From Microbacterium sp. (GTDB taxonomy: Bacteria > Actinomycetota > Actinomycetes > Actinomycetales > Microbacteriaceae), in contig NZ_DATMFG010000054.1 in NCBI RefSeq assembly GCF_035556355.1, forward strand, positions 175,367-239,366: a stretch of DNA of 64,000 bases. The letters are read 5' to 3'. Of this stretch, positions 18,899 to 28,017 are shown in pieces; position 1 is the stretch's first letter, and the number at the start of each line of letters is the position of its first letter. A model generated the notes under the pieces. It saw nothing but the letters and a program-made list of their open reading frames with translations, was not told the origin of the DNA and did no database searches. The position numbers were made by a program, and so were the translations under genes.

Positions 18899-20194
18899 AT
18901 GCCCGAAGCCCCCCTTCCCGAGGTCGTCGAGGTCGCGCGGGACCTCATCCGCTTCGACACCACGAACTACGGCGGCGGCCGCTCGAAGGGCGAGCGTGAG
19001 GCAGCCGAGTACGTCGGCGCCTACCTCGAGTCGATCGGCCTGACCCCCGAGTACTACGAGCCGATTCCGCTCCGCACGAACGTCATGGCGCGCGTCCCCG
19101 GTCGCGACCGCTCCAAGCCGGCGCTCGTGCTGCACGGACACCTCGACGTCGTCCCGGCGATCGCGGAGGACTGGAGCGTCGACCCGTTCGCGGGAGAGAT
19201 CAAGGACGGACTGCTGTGGGGCCGGGGCGCCGTCGACATGAAGGACATGGACGCCATGATCCTCACGTCCGTCGCCGACATCCTCCGCGCAGGCGACCAG
19301 CCCGAGCGCGACCTCGTCCTCACGTTCTTCGCCGACGAGGAGAACGGGGGCGTGGAGGGCTCTGCGCTCGTCGTGCGCGACCGTCCCGAATGGTTCGCGG
19401 GCGCGACCGAGGCGATCAGCGAAGTCGGCGGATACTCGATCACCGCCGGCGGCCGCCGGGCCTACCTGCTCCAGACCGGCGAGAAGGCGCTCATCTGGAT
19501 CCGGCTCGTCGCGCGCGGAATCGCCGCCCACGGCAGCCGCTTCCATCCCGAGAACGCCATCACGCGCCTCACCGAGGCCGTCGCGGCGCTCGGCCGCACC
19601 GAATGGCCCGTGCGCCTCACCGACACGACACGCGAGCTCCTCGAAGGGCTCGCGGCGCTGACGGGCGCATCCGCCGACGACCCCGACGCCCTCGCCGACG
19701 CGACGGGTGCGGCATCCGGCTTCATCCGCTCGACGCTGCGCACGACCGCCAACCCGACGGGCCTCACCGCCGGTTACAAGCACAACGTGATCCCCGATCG
19801 AGCCGAAGCGCTCATCGACGTCCGCGTGCTCCCCGGCACCGAGGAGGCGGCCCTCGCCGACATCCGTCGCATCGTGGGCGACGACGTCGAGGTCGAGGTC
19901 GTCGTGCAGGACATCGGCCTCGAGGTGCCGTTCGAGGGGGCCCTCGTCGACGCGATGGTCGCGGCGCTCGGCCGCCACGACCCGGGCACGCCGGTGATCC
20001 CGTACCTCATGGGCGGCGGCACCGACAACAAGGCGCTCTCACGCCTGGGCATCGCGGGCTTCGGCTTCGCACCGCTGCGACTGCCCGCCGACCTCGACTT
20101 CACCGGCATGTTCCACGGCGTCGACGAGCGCGTGCCCATCGATGCCCTCGTGTTCGGCAAGACTGTCCTCACCGACCTCCTTCGCACCTACTGA
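18899..20194 (+). CDS. M20/M25/M40 metallo-hydrolase
   Basis: HGHLDVVP, GRGAVDMK, ADEE, HGVDER motifs. Confidence 0.9.
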   Translation: MPEAPLPEVVEVARDLIRFDTTNYGGGRSKGEREAAEYVGAYLESIGLTPEYYEPIPLRTNVMARVPGRDRSKPALVLHGHLDVVPAIAEDWSVDPFAGEIKDGLLWGRGAVDMKDMDAMILTSVADILRAGDQPERDLVLTFFADEENGGVEGSALVVRDRPEWFAGATEAISEVGGYSITAGGRRAYLLQTGEKALIWIRLVARGIAAHGSRFHPENAITRLTEAVAALGRTEWPVRLTDTTRELLEGLAALTGASADDPDALADATGAASGFIRSTLRTTANPTGLTAGYKHNVIPDRAEALIDVRVLPGTEEAALADIRRIVGDDVEVEVVVQDIGLEVPFEGALVDAMVAALGRHDPGTPVIPYLMGGGTDNKALSRLGIAGFGFAPLRLPADLDFTGMFHGVDERVPIDALVFGKTVLTDLLRTY

Positions 20195-20263
20195 CTCACG
20201 TCGCCGCGCGCGACACGACATGAGGGATGCCCCGCCCGCGGCATCCCGCACCGAAAGGCGTGC

Positions 20264-21094
20264 ATGCAGCATCTGTTCGAGGCGATCATCCTGGGGCTCG
20301 TCCAGGGCCTGACCGAGTTCCTCCCCGTCTCGTCGAGCGCGCACCTGCGCATCGTGGGGGAGTTCCTGCCGAGCGCCGAGGATCCCGGCGCGGCGTTCAC
20401 CGCGATCACGCAGATCGGCACCGAGGCGGCGGTCGTCGTCTTCTTCTGGCGTGACATCGTGCGCATCATCGGCGCGTGGTTCAAAGCGCTCTTCGGACGC
20501 ATCCCCCGCAACGACCCCGACGCGCGCCTCGGGTGGCTCATCATCATCGGCAGCATCCCGATCGTGGTGCTCGGTCTGCTGTTCCAGGACCAGATCGAGA
20601 CCGTATTCCGCTCGCTGTGGCTCGTCGCCGGCATGCTCATCCTCTTCGGCGTGCTGCTCGGCATCGCCGACCACATCGGCGCGAAGCGGCGCAGGCTCCA
20701 GGACATCACCGTGCCGCACGGCATCATCTACGGGTTCGCGCAGGCGCTCGCCCTCATCCCCGGCGTCTCACGCTCGGGCGGCACGATCACGGCAGGCCTG
20801 CTCATGGGGTACGAGCGGTCCGCTGCCGCGCGGTACGCGTTCCTGCTCGCGATCCCTGCGGTGTTCGGCAGCGGCTTCTACCAGCTCTTCAAGAGCTGGG
20901 ACGAGCCGGGCGTCTTCACCCTCGGCGAGACGGCCATCGCGACGATCGTCGCGTTCCTCGTCGCGCTCGGCGTGATCGCGTTCTTCATGAACTGGATCTC
21001 GAAGCACAGCTTCCTGCCGTTCGTCGTCTACCGTGTCGCGCTCGGCTCGACGATCCTCGTGCTGCTGAGCACGGGGGTGCTCCAACCGCTCTGA
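20264..21094 (+). CDS. uppP: Undecaprenyl-diphosphate phosphatase
   Basis: [26 protein letters not shown]. Confidence 0.95.
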   Translation: MQHLFEAIILGLVQGLTEFLPVSSSAHLRIVGEFLPSAEDPGAAFTAITQIGTEAAVVVFFWRDIVRIIGAWFKALFGRIPRNDPDARLGWLIIIGSIPIVVLGLLFQDQIETVFRSLWLVAGMLILFGVLLGIADHIGAKRRRLQDITVPHGIIYGFAQALALIPGVSRSGGTITAGLLMGYERSAAARYAFLLAIPAVFGSGFYQLFKSWDEPGVFTLGETAIATIVAFLVALGVIAFFMNWISKHSFLPFVVYRVALGSTILVLLSTGVLQPL

Positions 21095-21115
21095 CGCGGC
21101 CTCTCCGACGAGGCG

Positions 21116-21982
21116 TCAGCGGCGCGGAGGGTCGTCGCGGCCGGGCTTCGCGGGCCCGTCGCCGCGGCGGCGCAGGTACCGCTCGAACTCCTGGGCGATG
21201 GCATCGCCGGATGCCTCGGGCGAGTCCCACGTGTCGCGCGTGCGCTCGAGCTGGCGGATGTACTCCGTCATCTCCTCGTCGTCTGCCGCAGCCGCGTCGA
21301 TCGACGCCTCCCACGCGGCCGCCTCGGTCGCGAGCGTTCCGCGATCGACGGGTGCGCCGGTGAGGTCCTCGAGACGGTCGAGCAGCGCGAGCGTGGCCTT
21401 CGGGGACGGCGTGTGACCCGCGACGTAGTGCGGCACGCTGGCCCACAGGCTCGCGGAGGGGATGCCCGCGGCATCCGCCGCGTGGGACAGGACGCTCAGG
21501 ATGCCGACCGGTCCTTCGTACGTGCTGCGCTCGAGGCCCAGCGACTGGCGCAGCTTCTCGCTGTCGCTGCCGGCGAAGACGGAGATCGGGCGCGTGTGCG
21601 GCACGTCGGACATCATCGAGCCGAGGCTCACGAACCCCGTGACGTCTTCGCGCAGTGCGACGTCGATGAGCTCGCCCGCGAACGCCTGCCATGCACGAGC
21701 CGGCTCGACGCCGGTGAGGAGCCACAGCTGCGTGCCGCGCGTCGCGTGCACGGGGCGGTGGATCGTCGCCTCGGGCCACTTGAGCCGACGTCGGCCCTCG
21801 CCGTCGATCTCGATGTGCGGGCGCGTGTACTGGTAGTCGAAGTACAGCTCGGGGTCCACGGAGTAGACGGGTTCGTACGATCCGCTCGTCTTCAACTGCG
21901 CGATGGCGGACGAAGCGGCCTCACCGGCGTCGTTCCATCCGTCGAACGCGGCGACGAGCACTCGGCGTCCCAGTCCGTCCAC
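21116..21982 (-). CDS. PAC2 family protein (proteasome assembly chaperone-like)
   Basis: AAFDGWNDAGEAAS, DPELYFDYQYTRP, VPHTRP, WASVPHY. Confidence 0.88.
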   Translation of the reverse strand: MDGLGRRVLVAAFDGWNDAGEAASSAIAQLKTSGSYEPVYSVDPELYFDYQYTRPHIEIDGEGRRRLKWPEATIHRPVHATRGTQLWLLTGVEPARAWQAFAGELIDVALREDVTGFVSLGSMMSDVPHTRPISVFAGSDSEKLRQSLGLERSTYEGPVGILSVLSHAADAAGIPSASLWASVPHYVAGHTPSPKATLALLDRLEDLTGAPVDRGTLATEAAAWEASIDAAAADDEEMTEYIRQLERTRDTWDSPEASGDAIAQEFERYLRRRGDGPAKPGRDDPPRR

Positions 21983-22102
21983 GCGACCTCCTCCGACCGC
22001 GGCGCCCGCCGCCGGTCAGTTCCAGGATAGGCGTCGCGGCCGACGAGGGGGCCGCTCCCGTGCCGACGGCGGTGCCCGCGCACCCCTCGTTAGGATTGAG
22101 CG

Positions 22103-22783
22103 GTGAATCACCGCCTCCCCGCCGCCGTCCTGTGGGACATGGACGGCACCCTCGTCGACACCGAGCCGTACTGGATCGCGGCCGAGACGCCGCTGGTCGA
22201 GAGCTTCGGGGGGTCGTGGTCGCACGAGCAGTCGCTCCGGCTCGTCGGGCTGGGACTCGACGACGCCGCGCGCATCTTCCAGGACGCGGGCGTGCGCATG
22301 GCGGTCGACGAGATCGTGAACCACCTGACCGACGAGGTCCTGTCGCAGCTCGCGACGAAGGGCGTCCCCTTCCGCCCGGGCGCGCGCGAACTGCTTGCGA
22401 GCCTGCGCGAGGCGGGCGTGCGGACGGCGCTCGTCACGATGTCGCTGCGCCGCATGGCGCAGTCCGTCGTCGATCTCATCGACTTCGAGGCGTTCGACGT
22501 CATCGTCGCGGGCGACGACGTCGCCCGACCCAAGCCGTACCCCGATCCGTATCTGCGTGCGAGCGAGCTGCTGGGCGTAGACCCCGCCGACACGATCTCC
22601 ATCGAGGACTCGCCCAACGGGCTGCGCTCGGCCGTGGCCGCCGGCACGGTCGCGATCGGCGTGCCGAACATGATCGGTCTCGAGGGCACCGGCGCCCACG
22701 CCCTGTGGACCACGCTCGAGGGCCGCACCGCCGACGACATCGCCGCGCTGCACGGCGCTCATTTCCGGGGAGTCCGCCGATGA
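22103..22783 (+). CDS. HAD family phosphatase
   Basis: WDMDGTLVDTE, KPYPDPY, EDSPNG. Confidence 0.9.
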   Translation: MNHRLPAAVLWDMDGTLVDTEPYWIAAETPLVESFGGSWSHEQSLRLVGLGLDDAARIFQDAGVRMAVDEIVNHLTDEVLSQLATKGVPFRPGARELLASLREAGVRTALVTMSLRRMAQSVVDLIDFEAFDVIVAGDDVARPKPYPDPYLRASELLGVDPADTISIEDSPNGLRSAVAAGTVAIGVPNMIGLEGTGAHALWTTLEGRTADDIAALHGAHFRGVRR

Positions 22784-23823
22784 CCGACCAGCCGCCGGCA
22801 GAGAACCGGATTCCGCACCCCGCGTCGCGTCCGAGCGGCCCGTTCCGCGCGGGCGACCGCGTGCAGCTGACGGGTCCGAAGGGCCGCCTGCACACGATCA
22901 CGCTGCGCCCCGGCGGCGAGTTGCACACCCACCACGGCGTGCTCAAGCACGAGCAGCTCATCGGTCTGCCCGACGGCTCGGTCGTCGCCAACAGCGGCGG
23001 GCACGAGTACCTGGCGCTGCGACCGCTCCTGCGCGACTTCGTCATGTCGATGCCGCGCGGCGCGGCGATCGTGTATCCGAAAGACGCGGCGCAGATCCTC
23101 GCGGAGGCGGACGTCTTCCCCGGAGCGACGGTCGTCGAAGCGGGCGTCGGGTCGGGCGCGCTCTCGCTGTGGCTGCTGCGGGCGGTCGGCGCATCCGGTC
23201 GTCTCCTCTCGTTCGAGCGCCGCGCCGATTTCGCGGAGGTCGCGAAGGCCAACGTCGAGACGTTCTTCGGCCGGATGCCCGCCAACTGGGACGTCGTCGT
23301 CGGCGACCTCGTCGAGGCTCTGCCCGCGACCGTGGGCGCGGCGTCCGTCGACCGTGTGATCCTCGACATGCTCGCGCCGTGGGAGTGCATCGACGCCGTC
23401 GCCGACGCGCTCACGCCGGGCGGTGTCGTCGTCTGCTACGTCGCGACGGCGACGCAGCTCAGCCGCGTCGCGGAGTACATCCGCAACACCGGGCTGTTCA
23501 CCGAGCCCGACGCGAGCGAGACGATGGTGCGCGGATGGCACGTCGATGGCCTCGCGGTGCGCCCCGACCACCGCATGGTCGCCCACACGGGCTTCCTCCT
23601 GTGGGCGCGCCGCCTCGCACCGGGTGCCGTCCCGCCCGAGCGCAAGCGCCGCGCCTCGAAGTCGAGCTACAGCGATGAGGATGTCGAGCTGTGGACGCCG
23701 GGCGCCGTCGGAGACCGCGAGATCACCGACAAGAACCTGCGCAAGCGCGTGCGCGAGGCGCAGCGGGCCGCCGAGGGCGCTCGGCAGGCGGCCGCGGCGG
23801 ACGACGCCGGATCTGCCGAGTAG
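22780..23823 (+). CDS. trmI: tRNA (adenine58-N1)-methyltransferase
   Basis: MPRGAAIVYPKD, EAGVGSGALS, DMLAPW, VRPDHRMVAHTGF; ATGA overlap with the HAD gene. Confidence 0.92.
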   Translation: MTDQPPAENRIPHPASRPSGPFRAGDRVQLTGPKGRLHTITLRPGGELHTHHGVLKHEQLIGLPDGSVVANSGGHEYLALRPLLRDFVMSMPRGAAIVYPKDAAQILAEADVFPGATVVEAGVGSGALSLWLLRAVGASGRLLSFERRADFAEVAKANVETFFGRMPANWDVVVGDLVEALPATVGAASVDRVILDMLAPWECIDAVADALTPGGVVVCYVATATQLSRVAEYIRNTGLFTEPDASETMVRGWHVDGLAVRPDHRMVAHTGFLLWARRLAPGAVPPERKRRASKSSYSDEDVELWTPGAVGDREITDKNLRKRVREAQRAAEGARQAAAADDAGSAE

Positions 23824-23863
23824 GCCGTGAGGGGCGGTGTGCGATGCCGCCTAGACTGTTCCG

Positions 23864-24823
23864 GTGCGCAAGATCCCCGCTGCCCTCACGGTTGTCGCCC
23901 TCGCAGCCGTCGCTCTGACCGGCTGCTCCCCGTCCGCCGCAGACGCCTGCCCGCGTCCTTCCGCCGATCCCGAGGTGGCGAAGCTCGTCACGGTGACCGG
24001 CGATCAGGAGGATGTGCCGCGCGTCAAGGTCTACACGCCGCTGCACACCGACGAGCTCGTCGTCGCGGACGTCACGCGCGGCGAGGGCACGCCGATCACG
24101 ACGCCCGATCAGGTGGCGGTCGTCGACATCTCGGTCATCAGCGCCGAGACGGGGGAGGAGATCGTCTCGACGCCGTATGACGGCGACCTGTCGCGCGCGT
24201 TCGCGCTCTCGCGATGGGAGCAGACGTTCCCGACGTTCGACCGGATCGTCGAGTGCGCCACCGAGGGCTCGCGCATCGTCGCAGCGCTCCCGCCCGGTGA
24301 CGTCGCGCCCGATGCGGCGGCGAGCTTCGGCATGTCCGAAGAGGACTCGGTCGTCCTCGTCGTCGACGTCCGCAAGGTGTTCCTACCTCGCGCGGACGGC
24401 GCGAACCAGTTCAACGCCGACCGCGGCGTGCCGAGTGTGGTGCGGGCGCCCGACGGTCGCCCGGGCATCATCGTGCCCGACGGCGCCGCGCCTTCGGAAC
24501 TCGTCGTCCAGACGCTCAAGAAGGGTGACGGCGAGGCCGTCTCTTCCGATGCGCCATTCCGCGCGCACTACACGGGGCTGACGTGGGATGACCGCGACGC
24601 GTTCGAGACGACGTGGGACGGCGAGCCGGCCTCGCTCACACTCGACTCGCTCGTTCCCGGTGTCGCAGAAGCGCTCGAGGGTGCGACAGTGGGCTCGCAG
24701 GTGCTCGTGGTGGTGCCGCCCGAGCTGGGGTACGGCGACGAGGAGCGCGCGGGCATCCCCGCCGGTTCGACGCTCGTATTCGTGTTCGACATCCTCGGCA
24801 TCGACGCGGCTCCGGCGGAGTAG
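23864..24823 (+). CDS. FKBP-type peptidyl-prolyl isomerase lipoprotein
   Basis: Lipobox LTG|C; C-terminal VPPELGYG..IPAGSTLVFVFDI. Confidence 0.88.
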   Translation: MRKIPAALTVVALAAVALTGCSPSAADACPRPSADPEVAKLVTVTGDQEDVPRVKVYTPLHTDELVVADVTRGEGTPITTPDQVAVVDISVISAETGEEIVSTPYDGDLSRAFALSRWEQTFPTFDRIVECATEGSRIVAALPPGDVAPDAAASFGMSEEDSVVLVVDVRKVFLPRADGANQFNADRGVPSVVRAPDGRPGIIVPDGAAPSELVVQTLKKGDGEAVSSDAPFRAHYTGLTWDDRDAFETTWDGEPASLTLDSLVPGVAEALEGATVGSQVLVVVPPELGYGDEERAGIPAGSTLVFVFDILGIDAAPAE

Positions 24824-24880
24824 CGGAACGCACTTCGCGAAACCCGGAAGTGGCGGGGCACCGACGCCTAAGATGAGGGA

Positions 24881-25888
24881 GTGCCTGCCAAAGTCGCCGT
24901 GAAGAGCCCGCCCGATGAGCGGCTCGTGAACCTGGTCGTCGCCCTCATGGCGACCGACGTGGGGCTCACGAAAGACACGATCCTCACGTCGGTGGCCGGC
25001 TACCGCGAGCAGTACGAGTCGGGCGCGTCGAAGGACGCCCTCGAGAAGATGTTCGAGCGCGACAAGGAGAGTCTGCGCGCGCTCGGCGTGCCCATCGAGA
25101 CGATCGGAGACTGGGCCGACCCCGACGATCTGCGCGAGGCGCGCTATCGCGTGCCGACGACGGAATACGAGCTCCCCGAAGACATCACGTTCACGCCCGC
25201 CGAGGTGGCGCTGCTGAACCTCGCGGGCACCGTGTGGGGCGAGAGCTCGATGTCGGCCGAAGCGCGCACGGGTCTTCGCAAGATCCGGGCACTCGGCATC
25301 GACGTCGATGAGCCGATCATCGGCTACACCCCGCGCATCAGCGTGCGCGAGCCGTCGTTCGCACCGCTGCAGCAGGCGATCGAGCACTGCCGCGTCGTGA
25401 CGTTCCCCTACCTCAAGCCGGGTGAGGCGGAGCCGCGGATGCGGCACGTGCAGCCGCTCGCACTCGTCGAGTTCGAGGGCCGCTGGCACCTCTTCTCGAA
25501 CGACCTCGACATGAACGCCGACCGCACGTTCCTGCTCGCGCGCATCGTGGGCGACGTCACGATCACGCGTCAGCGCTTCCCCCGCGAGCTGCGGGACGGC
25601 GCCGGCGACCGCGCTCTCGCCGGACTCGACGCCGTCGCCGCGCGCAACCGGGCTCTGCTCGAGGTGAACCCGGGCACCGAGGCCGCGCTGCGGCTCAGCC
25701 GACGCTCCACGCCCGCCGAGCAGGGCATCTACGTGAACTTCGTCGACATCAACATCTTCGCCGACGAACTGGCGTCCTACGGCCCCGAGGTGCGCGTCGT
25801 CGAGCCCGAAGACCTCCGCGAGCACGTCATCCGGCGTCTGCGCGCGACGGCCGAGGTGCACGGGGCATTCGAAGGAGGACGACCGTGA
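24881..25888 (+). CDS. pafB: PafB, wHTH-WYL transcriptional activator
   Basis: ERLVNLVVAL..KMFERDKESLRALG, WYL-like GRWHL; paired with pafC upstream of tatA. Confidence 0.88.
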   Translation: MPAKVAVKSPPDERLVNLVVALMATDVGLTKDTILTSVAGYREQYESGASKDALEKMFERDKESLRALGVPIETIGDWADPDDLREARYRVPTTEYELPEDITFTPAEVALLNLAGTVWGESSMSAEARTGLRKIRALGIDVDEPIIGYTPRISVREPSFAPLQQAIEHCRVVTFPYLKPGEAEPRMRHVQPLALVEFEGRWHLFSNDLDMNADRTFLLARIVGDVTITRQRFPRELRDGAGDRALAGLDAVAARNRALLEVNPGTEAALRLSRRSTPAEQGIYVNFVDINIFADELASYGPEVRVVEPEDLREHVIRRLRATAEVHGAFEGGRP

Positions 25889-26850
25889 GCGCCCGCCGCC
25901 AGCCGCTCGTCGCAACCGACCGCGCCGCGCTCATGCTGCAGCTCGTGCCGTACCTCATCTCGAAGGGCGAGGTGTCGATCGCGGAGGCCGCCGACGAGTT
26001 CGACGTCACCCCGCAGCAGATGCGCGCCATGGTCGAGAAGCTGCCGATGATCGGCCTGCCCGGAGACAGCGGCTATTGGCAGATGCCGAACGACCTCTTC
26101 GACATCGACTGGGACCTCCTCGACGAGCAGGACCTCATCGTGATCACGAACGCCGTCGGCCTCGAGCGCGCACCGAAGCTGACCGCCCGTGAGGCGGCGG
26201 CCCTGCTCACGGGCCTCCAGCTCGCGCGCTCGATCCCCGGCGTGGGCGACTCCGAGCTCTTCGCGGGGCTGCTGCGCAAGCTCTCGCGTGGCGCGTCGAG
26301 CGCGCCCGCCGAGGTGATCGTCGCACCGGCCCCCGTCGACGCCGTCCGCGACGCGGTCGCGCGCGCCGTGCGGCAGGGCGTGGCGGTCTCGTTCACCTAC
26401 AAGGCTCCGGATGCGCCGCCCACGACCCGCACGGTCGATCCGGTCAAGGTGCACATCGCCGACGGCCAGTGGTACCTGCAGGGCTGGTGCCACCTGCGCG
26501 AGGCGATGCGCACATTCCACCTCGACCGCGTGAGCGACATCGAGCTGACCGACATCCCGATCTCGCACGGCCACGACCCCGTACCCGACTGGTTCGAGGA
26601 GGGCAAGGGCGACATCGTCGCGCGCGTGCGGTTCCCGGCATCCGTCGCCCCGCTCCTCGGCGACTACCTCGACCGCGCCCGCGTCGAGACCGACGGGGAG
26701 TGGTCGGTCGCGACGATGCGCATCGCCGACGAGCAGAGCCTCAAGCGGCTCGCCGCTCGCCGCGGCGGGGCCGTCGAGGTGCTCGAGCCCGAGGGCGCGC
26801 GGGCCGCGGCGCGGTCGTGGGCCGAGGCCGGTCTCGCGCAGTATCACTGA
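25885..26850 (+). CDS. pafC: PafC, wHTH-WYL transcriptional activator
   Basis: N-terminal HTH, RTVDP, WYLQGWCHLREAMRTFHLDRV. Confidence 0.88.
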   Translation: MSARRQPLVATDRAALMLQLVPYLISKGEVSIAEAADEFDVTPQQMRAMVEKLPMIGLPGDSGYWQMPNDLFDIDWDLLDEQDLIVITNAVGLERAPKLTAREAAALLTGLQLARSIPGVGDSELFAGLLRKLSRGASSAPAEVIVAPAPVDAVRDAVARAVRQGVAVSFTYKAPDAPPTTRTVDPVKVHIADGQWYLQGWCHLREAMRTFHLDRVSDIELTDIPISHGHDPVPDWFEEGKGDIVARVRFPASVAPLLGDYLDRARVETDGEWSVATMRIADEQSLKRLAARRGGAVEVLEPEGARAAARSWAEAGLAQYH

Positions 26851-26935
26851 ACACCCGGCGAGTCACACGTGGGTCTCGGCCGCTGAAGCAGGCTGCGGGT
26901 TACACTGTCAGCGGACCCGCCGAAAGGAATCGACA

Positions 26936-27193
26936 ATGCTGCAAGGCCTCACAGGGTGGCACTTCCTGATCATCCTCGCCGTGATCCTGCTGCTGTTCGG
27001 CGCGGCCAAACTCCCCGCGCTGGCGAAGAGCATGGGTCAGTCCGCCCGCGTGTTCAAGGGTGAGATGAAGGCCATGAAAGACGAAGACGCGGCGCGTGAC
27101 ACCGCGAACACCAGCGGCTCGGCCTCCTCGACCGAGGCTCCGGCAGCGGACGTGCGCACCGACGCGGGCGGAACCTCCGAATCCAAGCCCTGA
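26936..27193 (+). CDS. tatA: Tat translocase TatA
   Basis: ILLLFGAAKLPALAKSMGQSARVFK. Confidence 0.93.
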   Translation: MLQGLTGWHFLIILAVILLLFGAAKLPALAKSMGQSARVFKGEMKAMKDEDAARDTANTSGSASSTEAPAADVRTDAGGTSESKP

Positions 27194-27198
27194 CCGCC

Positions 27199-28017
27199 GT
27201 GGCGACGGCAGGACCGCCGCGCGTGGGAGAGTCCGACCTTCCACGGCGCGACAAGCGCATGTCGCTCGGCCAGCACCTGGTCGAGCTGCGCAAGCGCCTC
27301 ATGATCGCGGCGATCGGCGTCGTCGCGGGAATGGTCGTCGCGTTCTTCATCACCGACCCGGTCATCTGGCTCATCACCGAGCCCATCCGCGCGATCGCCG
27401 AGACGTCGGAGGAGCGCAGCAAGGTCGAGCTCATGTTCACGACGGTGACATCGGCCTTCGATCTCCGCCTGCGCATGTCGTTCGCGATCGGTCTGCTCCT
27501 GTCGGCGCCGATCTGGATGTGGCAGATCTGGGCGTTCATCATGCCCGGCCTGACGCGTAAGGAGATCCGGTACACGGTCGCGTTCCTCGCAGCCGCGATC
27601 CCTCTCTTCTTCGCGGGAGCCTATGTGGGCCTGCTCGTCATGCCGCACATCGTCGAACTGATGGCGTCGTTCGTGCCCGAGGGTGCGGCGTCGTTCTTCG
27701 ATGCGGTCTACTACTACGACTTCGTCTTCAAGCTGCTCATCGTGGTGGGCGTCTCGTTCGTGCTGCCCGTGTTCCTCGTCGCGCTGAACTTCGCGGGCAT
27801 CGTCTCGGGCAAGGCGATCCTCAAGGGCTGGCGGGTCGCGGTGCTCATCGCGTGCATCTTCGCGGCCCTCGCAACCCCCGCGGCGGATGTCGTGAGCATG
27901 CTGCTGCTGGCAGGGATCCTCGTCGTGCTGTTCTTCGCCGCGGCATCCGTCTCGCTCATCTTCGACCGCCGTCGGGCGAAGCGCGACGCGGCGCTCCTCG
28001 GTGACGGGGCGTCGTGA
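27199..28017 (+). CDS. tatC: Tat translocase TatC
   Basis: MSLGQHLVELRKR, WQIWAFIMPGLTRKE, six TM segments. Confidence 0.93.
   Translation: MATAGPPRVGESDLPRRDKRMSLGQHLVELRKRLMIAAIGVVAGMVVAFFITDPVIWLITEPIRAIAETSEERSKVELMFTTVTSAFDLRLRMSFAIGLLLSAPIWMWQIWAFIMPGLTRKEIRYTVAFLAAAIPLFFAGAYVGLLVMPHIVELMASFVPEGAASFFDAVYYYDFVFKLLIVVGVSFVLPVFLVALNFAGIVSGKAILKGWRVAVLIACIFAALATPAADVVSMLLLAGILVVLFFAAASVSLIFDRRRAKRDAALLGDGAS

Noticed and set aside
24881-26850. WYL-domain genes as markers of a phage-defence island
   Set aside because: Tandem pair in the canonical FKBP-pafB-pafC-tatA-tatC-helY context, i.e. housekeeping PafBC
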